Shown here one piece after another: positions 1 through 6,667 of a DNA stretch of 7,918 bases. A program made the position numbers and the translations under genes. Each line of letters starts with the position of its first letter. Within the stretch, counting starts at the first letter, position 1. The notes beneath the pieces were generated by a model, which made no database searches, was not told the DNA's origin, and saw only the letters and a program-made list of their open reading frames with translations. Source of the DNA: Zygophlyctis sp. KS116 (lineage: Eukaryota; Fungi; Chytridiomycota). The DNA lies in the NCBI GenBank assembly GCA_054661495.1, contig BAAFSQ010000394.1, positions 1 to 7,918 on the forward strand, in the 5' to 3' direction.

Positions 1-65
1 TAAAAAAAAATTTAAGAAAATCATTGACAGCTGATTTGCATTTGGGAATTCAGGAATTGAGGAAA

Positions 66-934
66 ATGGTTTCATATGCACAACTGATGAATATGTCTAA
101 AAAGATTAAGCCCAACGAACTTCGAATAGTCCATGCCGCGACCGGTACTGATAAGAATACTGATAAAACTAAAATGGAAGTCAGGCCCAAAACGGAAGTC
201 AAGGCTGGATCCTCTCATAAAGCAGTTTCAAGGCCAAATGATCCAAAGGTCAACAACTTGAAGAATAAGATGAAGGAGCCAATCACAGCATCAAAAAAAT
301 CGGTTACCAAGACTGATAAGCGGATGAGTGGAATTGAATACCATGGAAAACAGGCCAATTCAAAAGAGCATGTGGATGCTTCTAAAGCTTTGCAAAGGCC
401 AAAGAAGAATGTATTGCCGGCGAATGTTACTACCAAACAGTCAAAAAATCATGTCCCTATTAGAACAGCAACTGTGGAGAGGAATATAAGCAAAACTTCG
501 CAATCAACATCTTCTTCAAAATCATCAAAGCATTTACCGAAAGAAGACACTTCAAAGAAGACACATTTTTCTCTAAATCCATACGCTGTAGATCCCACAG
601 ATCCTTTAATTTCTGGAGATCCTCTTAATATTTCTTCTTATATTGGAAATTTATTTGGGTATTCTAAAAAGAGGTACATTTGTAATTTTAACTTGCAGAT
701 TTTATGATGATGACCTTGATACTCAAGACATGGAATCTTCTTTTGCTAATATGAGGAGAGAAGAACAGAGATCGTAATTTTTTCTTTAGTAACTTTTCTA
801 GTACAAAAATAGCTAAAAAGGAGGATTTGGAAGAGGATTTACGTTCAATTGGTAAATTACCAATCAAAAAAGATTATAAAGGTGCAAAAACGGCTGGTAA
901 ATTGGTTGTAAAAGGTTCAAGTAAACGATTATAG
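66..934 (+). CDS. SPT2: SPT2-like chromatin protein / histone chaperone (exons 66-673, 699-773, 802-934; ~271 aa)
   Basis: Long K/S-rich low-complexity region. After removing two GT-AG introns, the C-terminus reads IGNLFGYSKKRFYDDDLDTQDMESSFANMRREEQRSTKIAKKEDLEEDLR, matching the SPT2 signature (I..lFgy......DD..dMEa.f..i..EE.rS.r.a..ED..E). ATG 66 (MVSYAQLMNM) is the likely start. An upstream exon spliced to the CAG at 28-30 cannot be excluded. Confidence 0.85.
674..698 (+). other. Spliceosomal intron, 25 nt (SPT2)
   Basis: GTACATTTGTAATTTTAACTTGCAG with a TTAAC branch-like motif. Removal joins KKR|FYDDD in frame. Confidence 0.9.
774..801 (+). other. Spliceosomal intron, 28 nt (SPT2)
   Basis: GTAATT...GTAACTTTTCTAG. 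Removal gives EEQRS|TKIAKKEDLEE. Confidence 0.9.
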
Positions 935-1163
935 GATATATTACATGGATTTTAGAACCTTAACTAGTTTTTCCAAAAAAATATTCGCATGTCTTTGAGA
1001 AAATATTAACATGGGACGTAATCTGACAGCTCGTCCTCCAGATCCTCCCATGTTTATAGACTCTGCATCAAATGTCAAATATGTTCCAGTCCCTTGAACA
1101 TTAGGTACATGTTGATATCTTTTTGATAAATTAATCACTTCTTTTTACGATAATCTCCAGTTT

Positions 1164-1189
1164 CCTGAACTAATTCCCTGAACTAATTT
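1164..1189. repeat. 13-bp-period tandem duplication (CCTGAACTAATT x2)
   Basis: CCTGAACTAATT occurs at 1164-1175 and 1177-1188. It shifts the GABA-T frame and leads to an in-frame TAA at 1147-1145. Confidence 0.85.
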
Positions 1190-1255
1190 CAAAAGATTCA
1201 ATCTTTCAATTTCATCAATGATAATTTCAGCTTGATATGCTCGAACTGGATCTCC

Positions 1256-1283
1256 CTATTATAATCAAGCTACAAAAAATTAC
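1256..1283 (-). other. Intron remnant, 28 nt (GABA-T pseudogene)
   Basis: GTAATTTTTTGTAGCTTGATTATAATAG. Removal joins TWM|GDPVRA. Confidence 0.85.
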
Positions 1284-1509
1284 CATCCACGTTTTAAAAT
1301 TTATGTATGTCTGAGAGGGCCGTGAATCCAAGTTATGATAAAAAACCGCCCCTTGCATTTTTCACTAAACGTTACAATGTCTGGAGGTATCTCCAAATCA
1401 ATTATCGCAGCAATAGGATTATGCCATCCCGTTATAATCCTTTCAAATTCTTGGAGACGCTGATCCTCTTCTTTTATATTTTCCATCAAATAATCTTCCA
1501 ATGGATATT

Positions 1510-1535
1510 CTAAATAATAAAACTAGATAATTTAC
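1510..1535 (-). other. Intron remnant, 26 nt (GABA-T pseudogene)
   Basis: GTAAATTATCTAGTTTTATTATTTAG. Removal joins PFPILK|YPLE. Confidence 0.85.
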
Positions 1536-2219
1536 TTAGAATTGGAAAAGGAGCCTTTGGCCAATTAAAAGCAGGTACTTAAATTATGAATGGGTTTTGA
1601 TCTTGTTGATGATAATGTTCTAGAGTCCTTCCCTGGAAAGAGCGTTCAAAACTCAAAATATCTATAGATGGCGATCCTGGAACTACATTCTTCATACAAC
1701 TCTCTAATTCTTCCATTGAAAAATCAGATTGACCACTTTGAATCTTTTGATGATGTACATATGAATGCAGTCTTGAAAGCAATTTCATTTGCGCAAGATC
1801 CACACATTGCTGTAAAGACTTGATAAAGACCAGGAGGCCTGACTTTCAATGATTGAACCCAATCCGTAATGGGAAAACCACCTAATGCTGGTCTATTTAC
1901 TAATGCCGTTGCCCATTTAGTACTTTTTGCCGCCTTTACTTAGATTTGGATTATTATAACCAATTGAAATAGATGCAATTTGATTGTACATATCCAATAA
2001 AATGTTTCCATCATCATCTGCAATGTAATTTCCTATTGAGCGGTCTAAATCCTGTACAATGAACGCAGCTCTTGAATCTTGATACTGATCAAGAGCGAGA
2101 CTGATCTTGGAAAGGGAAACATGACCATCTGGTTCATTAAAGAATATTGCTGCCGGATCAATTTCCTTTGAATATTCTCTAATGGCCTTGAGAGGGCCAA
2201 ATCTGCGAGTCTTTTTTTA

Positions 2220-2825
2220 ATGTCACTCTATTCTGATGCGGGAATCAGCATATCAAGAGATATTAAACGCTCAGACTCTCTTCCTATCATATCCCCTTAT
2301 AGAGAAGATACTGTATCAGAGTTAATTAATGAGTCCCGATATCTTACAAAACGACTATCTACTCTTTCTCAGGAACTCAAGCCGGGCGAGTCTACCGAAG
2401 CCATTACTCTTTCTGCAGCTATACATGAATGTGCCCTTCGAAGAAATAAGAGAATACTACTAGCATACTCATTATCACGATTTGAGAAATTAAAGAGTAT
2501 ATTATGGAGTCTTGGAAGCGGTTCTGGATCTATTCAAATTCCTGAAAAGATTAGTAAGAATATGTCTCCTCAAGAACTTTTATTAAAGAATAAATACCAA
2601 CAACTGATTGGATCTTACAGAGAAGGAATGGGAGATTTAGAATTAGGATCAAATGAAGATGTACCACCTCTTGATACTTATTTGGAAGTACGGGTATTAG
2701 TAGAATGTGGACAAGTTTTGACTGAAGAAGGGATTATTTCATTTTCTAAAGGATCAATGCATCATTTAAAATTATCTCAAGTTGAAAAACTTATCAGAGC
2801 AGGATATCTGATGCAGATTGATTAG
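2220..2825 (+). CDS. PSF1: DNA replication complex GINS subunit PSF1 (GINS1), intronless, 201 aa
   Basis: Motifs PYREDTV, LRRNKRILLAY..SR..KLK, MSPQE, PP.DTYLEVRVL.ECGQVLTEEG and VEKLIRAGYL are PSF1 hallmarks. Length is typical. Confidence 0.95.
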   Translation: MSLYSDAGISISRDIKRSDSLPIISPYREDTVSELINESRYLTKRLSTLSQELKPGESTEAITLSAAIHECALRRNKRILLAYSLSRFEKLKSILWSLGSGSGSIQIPEKISKNMSPQELLLKNKYQQLIGSYREGMGDLELGSNEDVPPLDTYLEVRVLVECGQVLTEEGIISFSKGSMHHLKLSQVEKLIRAGYLMQID

Positions 2826-2851
2826 ATTTTTTTAAATTTTTACAATTAAAG

Positions 2852-2857
2852 AATAAA
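2852..2857 (+). promoter_or_regulatory. Possible polyadenylation signal AATAAA for PSF1
   Basis: AATAAA lies 26 nt after the stop, following a T-rich tract. The hexamer is common by chance in AT-rich DNA. Confidence 0.3.
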
Positions 2858-2937
2858 TGTGATTCGGACTCTTATCAGTAGGGCAATAATACTTTGAACC
2901 AACCGAGAAAATTAGAGCGTTTGACTGCAAATTTAAA

Positions 2938-3168
2938 ATGGCTCAAGGATCATTCAAATTGACTAAATCAAAGAAATCAGTTTCATCCAGCTCTCTAATG
3001 AAAAAGGGTAAAAAAAATATTGTACCCAAAAGTAAACAGAAAAACTCATCATACAAGATCACAAAGAAATTGGTTGGTCAGTCGATTGCTCAAACAGAAC
3101 AATTGTTGGCTCCAAAAGCAGCTGCAACAGGGAAATTAACAATTTTAAAATCAATGGTTAAGAAGTAG
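2938..3168 (+). CDS. UPF0390 / DUF2462 small basic protein (C19orf53-like), 76 aa
   Basis: MAQG start, KKG...I.PK, KKL....IA.TE..LA.KA...GKLTILK pattern, and an AAAATGG start context. Confidence 0.85.
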   Translation: MAQGSFKLTKSKKSVSSSSLMKKGKKNIVPKSKQKNSSYKITKKLVGQSIAQTEQLLAPKAAATGKLTILKSMVKK

Positions 3169-4321
3169 CTACTGATTTCAGAATGTGATTAGATATCAAA
3201 TCAAGTCCAAAGTTGGATTTAAATCCAATTGACGATGATTGGCTCATTGCACTTCCAAATAAAACATAATCATGAGGCATTCCGGGTTCATTCAATACAG
3301 TTATTGAAGAATTCTTTTTGAATTTTTGAATCCATTTGTCAATTCCATGAGCCAAAACTTCTCCGTCACTGTAAATAATTAATGGATTTGGTAGATCAAT
3401 ATGGTTTGCAAACAATGGAGAATATTTTGGATCCTGGTTTAACACTCCTGCAGGTTCCAAAGATTGATATAATGCACAATTAATCCAAACTTTTAACATT
3501 TCCACATTTAGAAAATCAGTAGACATTGATAATTTAATCAATTCAGTTTCTGAACACGATGAAAGTGATAAGTCTACTAATGGTGAAATCAGAAAAGTAG
3601 CACATAGTTTAGGAATCTGGATATTTGACAATGATAAATCTCTTAATAAACATAATGCAAGATTTCCTCCGGCTGAATCTCCTCCAATTACAACATTAGC
3701 TGGTTCTACAGTCTGAATAAGCCACTTAAACTCTTTGAAGCATTTATCTTGAATGTCTGCTAATTGTACTTCTGGTGCTAAAGGATATTCAACTGCAAAA
3801 TATACTAGTTTGAGCTTTTTAGACTTGGAATTGAATTTCTGAATAACTTCAACATGTGCTTGTACCATTGTTTTACTAGAACCCGTACAAAATCCACCGC
3901 CATGGATCCAATACACGACAACAATATCCTTCCATTTTTGAGATTCATAAGGTGGGATTTCCATTCCCTTATCAGCTATCCATAGACCATTTACTTCCTT
4001 TTTTAAAGTAAACTTGTTCCATAATACTCCATAATATGACAAATTCTCCCCGATTGAAACAAGATGGCGATTCTTTTCAAGCTTTGCATCTCCTATACTA
4101 ATGAATAATTTAGAATACCCAATACAAAACGTAAAATATCAATCATGACAAGGCTAATAGCGTCAGATAATTTCATCCAATCAATGTATAATCGCCAAAA
4201 CAAATAAGTGATTGCAACAATCGGCACAGTAAGCAAACCTCTAGCAGAAGCAAATAAATCAATGAAAGTTACAGTCTATGATATGATATAGATAAATACA
4301 TACTTTAATAACGTACGCCAT
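3158..4321 (-). CDS. Alpha/beta hydrolase, hormone-sensitive-lipase (GDXG) family, Say1/steryl-acetyl-hydrolase-like (exons 4321-4304, 4275-4119, 4092-3158; ~369 aa)
   Basis: HGGGF oxyanion motif, Y.LAPE, GDSAGGNL nucleophile elbow, LISP.VD, GEVL acid and MPHD histidine. Two short introns extend the ORF to ATG 4321 and add a hydrophobic N-terminal segment (GLLTVPIVAITYLFW). Confidence 0.88.
4093..4118 (-). other. Spliceosomal intron, 26 nt (esterase)
   Basis: GTATTCTAAATTATTCATTAGTATAG. Removal joins RFVLG|DAKLEK in frame with the catalytic ORF. Confidence 0.8.
4276..4303 (-). other. Spliceosomal intron, 28 nt (esterase)
   Basis: GTATGT...CATAG with a canonical donor. Removal joins MAYVIK|TVTFID. 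Confidence 0.75.
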
Positions 4322-4343
4322 CCTTGACTGTTTGTTTACTTTA

Positions 4344-6666
4344 ATGAAATCGTTATTTAAGAAGAATAGTCCGACTGATAGTTTGCAGAAAAATCCAGAA
4401 CTTCCAACAGCAAAGGGAGAGTCAAATGCAGATAATTCAATAACGTCATATTTTAGAGATCTCTCGAGGAAGAAAACTGCACCGCCTTCACAAACAAGAA
4501 ATGCTGATTATCAGCTAGTGAAAAAGTATGAATTGATAATGCTAATTCTTTAGAAATTCTATTGAGAAGAAACATGATAATAAGCCGCTTGTTCGGACAA
4601 GTACTTTTTCAGATTCAAAAGGCATTGATCAAAATCTGGTCAAAAAAGAGGAATCTGATCCCCAGTTTGCAGATGCTTATAAACTGACAAGTCCAAACTT
4701 GTTGAATGCAGATGTACCGTTGAAGGCCAGACCATCAATTACTAAAAAGGCAAGTGCAGAAAATAGCACTGGTGGCCAGATACAAAATGAGACGATTTTA
4801 AAGAGACGATCAACAAGAAAAGAATTGAGTGATTCTACAGGCTCATTGGCTTCAAGAACTGATTCGCAAACTATGCTTAATAAGTCTAGCTTTACAAAGG
4901 ATAGTCTAAAAGCTAAATTGGAACAACAGAGATTAGAGTTATCAATCAATTTTGGAAATTCGTTAAATTCTGATGTACCATTCTCAAAACTTAAACTGCG
5001 AGAGTCATTTATGCTTTCAAATCATAAAAATAGAAATGAACCAGACTCTGAAAAATCGTCGATTCTACAACTCTCAGGATCATCCCAAAATAAATTAAGA
5101 GGAGATGAAAATACTCAAGATTTTCAACTTTTAGATCTTGAAACTCAAAAGCTCTTTGAAAATGATACAAGCAGACTAGATGTAAACAGAGAGAGGTGGC
5201 GTTCTGCGATACAGAGAGTAAAAATGGGGCTCAATTATAAAACGTCAATTACAGGAAAGCTAACAGATATGGAAATTATTGCAAACGCTAAAAAACAAAT
5301 CATCGAGGCCCCTCAAAATTTGGTCACATTTTCAGGGATTGTGAATTCTAGCAATTCAAAGACAGACAACCAAAAAGGTACCCGATTTTAATTAATTATC
5401 TAGCAAAACTAATTTATCTTCTTCGTAAGCCTTTTTTTTATCGTGGTCCTGAACAAAACAATGCAGTGGAATTGGCTCTTAAAAATTTACCTGCATTTTC
5501 ACGCTATTCAAAATCTTTTCGGATGAAACTCATTGAAAAAGGGTTTCTTATTGATTTAGATCCATACAAAGTAGTAATACGGCAAGGAGGGGTATTTTAT
5601 TATATAATTTAATTTTAGGCTCCTTGGTCAATGTATTTTATCCTTTCAGGAAAATGCCAGTCAGAAAAGATTATTGTCAAGAACGGCAAGGGATATATTC
5701 ATAGACAAATCATATCTCCAGGGGAAGTTTTTGGGGAGTTTGGTATATATCATGGCGAAAGAAGGGGCTATACCGTCCATACTCTTACCCAAGTAGTTGC
5801 TATTTCAGTTTCTCGTGAATGCTATATTCAAATGATGAAAGAGGAAATTTTGGCCTGTAAGCAAGAAGCGATGGAAGTCCTTCGGTCAGTTCCAGCCTTT
5901 CATTCAATTTCCAATAACATTCTAGAAAATCTTTTGTCTTCCTGTCGTATCTTTAATTATGAACCAAACGTTTCCCTCTTAAAAGTGGGGGAAAGGGATA
6001 ACGTTTTCTTCATTTTGGAAGGTCAATGTAGAGCGAATAGGCTGGTACCTTTTTTAGTCAAGAAATCAACTGATTTTGGAGCTACCGATCCAGAAATAAT
6101 TGGAGCATATGTCTTGGGCACTGAACCAGGACCGGATGAAACGATCGTATATTATAATATGTCAATTGGTTTACTTGGTCCTGGGAGTTATTTTCCTAGG
6201 ATATCACTTTTGAGAAGTGAAGGTCTACAATATCGACTACAAAAGTTTGACTTGGAGAAAATTATAATTCTGGTTAATTCAATTTTAAAGCATCTACCAA
6301 AAGATGAACCAAGAGCAGAAAAAACAAACATTGCATCAATTTTCAATCAAGAGTTGAGTGAAGTAAGTCTTGTTCATTATTTACGTATAGTTTGGAGATG
6401 ATACAGAAGACATGATTGCTGGAGTAGATCTTTCTGTCACCAGTATCGATAAACTAACATGTCTAGTTATATCAAAAATGGATTTAGTGAATGTACTTCC
6501 GGAAGAAGTATTAAGAGACTTGACTAATCCAGATGCTGAAGGATTGATTGGATATCCCATGGCAGAAATCCAACAAAACTATTTTGATAAAATCCAATGG
6601 AAAGGATTCAGAAATGAGGTCGTCCAAAATGTTTTGGAAAAGAAGTCCACCATTAAAAGAAAATAA
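4344..6666 (+). CDS. Cyclic-nucleotide-binding domain protein, CNBD2-like (exons 4344-4525, 4554-5377, 5404-5591, 5619-6362, 6391-6666; ~737 aa)
   Basis: Four short GT-AG introns join ORFs 4332, 4699, 5631 and 6412 in one frame. CNB-A reads LKNLPAFS...VVIRQGG|APWSMYFILSG...GEVFGEFGIYHGERRGYTV. CNB-B reads LRSVPAF...LLKVGE..NVFFILEGQCRA...GPGSYF...LSVTS..KLTCLVISK.D. The N-terminus is long and likely disordered. Confidence 0.85.
4526..4553 (+). other. Spliceosomal intron, 28 nt (CNB protein)
   Basis: GTATGA...GCTAATTCTTTAG with a CTAAT branch motif. Frame-restoring. Confidence 0.85.
5378..5403 (+). other. Spliceosomal intron, 26 nt (CNB protein)
   Basis: GTACCCGATTTTAATTAATTATCTAG. Removal opens an exon (AKLIYLLRKPFFYR...) missed by the ORF track. 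Confidence 0.85.
5592..5618 (+). other. Spliceosomal intron, 27 nt with in-frame TAA (CNB protein)
   Basis: GTATTTTATTATATAATTTAATTTTAG. Removal joins IRQGG|APWSMYFI within the CNB domain. Confidence 0.9.
6363..6390 (+). other. Spliceosomal intron, 28 nt (CNB protein)
   Basis: GTAAGT...CGTATAG. Removal joins ELSE|FGDDTEDM into ORF 6412. Confidence 0.88.
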
Positions 6667-6667
6667 A

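Larger units (their letters stand above)
941..2220 (-). pseudogene. UGA1: 4-aminobutyrate (GABA) aminotransferase pseudogene (UGA1/gatA/ABAT family, class III PLP aminotransferase)
   Basis: Minus-strand fragments in shifting frames read SIGNYIADDDGNILLDMYNQIASISIGYNNPNL, ALVNRPALGGFP, VFTAMCGSCANEIAFKTAF, ELESCMKNVVPGSP-ILSFERSFQGR, STRSKPIH, PAFNWPKAPFPILKYPLE, PPDIVTFS, TWMGDPVRA and AVRLRPMLIF. Frameshifts lie near 1940, 1760, 1620, 1580, 1362, 1176 and 1146. The EPIQSEGG...DEVQTG block is missing (junction ~1400), and there is no in-frame ATG at the 5' end. The 5' boundary is approximate. Confidence 0.9.

Noticed and set aside
215-436. 73-aa minus-strand ORF
   Set aside because: Antisense shadow of the SPT2 exon with no recognisable motifs.
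1307-1513. 68-aa plus-strand ORF
   Set aside because: Antisense to the GABA-T pseudogene with no recognisable features.
941-1803. ORFs 941-1138, 1301-1501 and 1579-1803 as separate small genes
   Set aside because: They are collinear fragments of one broken GABA transaminase.
941-2220. GABA-T rescued by programmed frameshifting, RNA editing or ultra-short introns
   Set aside because: The frameshift sites lack GT-AG pairs and a shared slippery motif, and catalytic-core sequence is physically missing, so recoding could not restore the enzyme.
2238-2245. E2F-like site (ATTCCCGC on the minus strand) just inside PSF1
   Set aside because: Single imperfect match within coding sequence, not distinguishable from chance.
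2826-2937. Possible small ncRNA in the only sizeable intergenic gap (112 nt)
   Set aside because: No convincing C/D or H/ACA boxes and no tRNA cloverleaf. It is explained as terminator plus promoter.
4677-4949. 90-aa minus-strand ORF
   Set aside because: Antisense shadow of CNB-protein exon 2.
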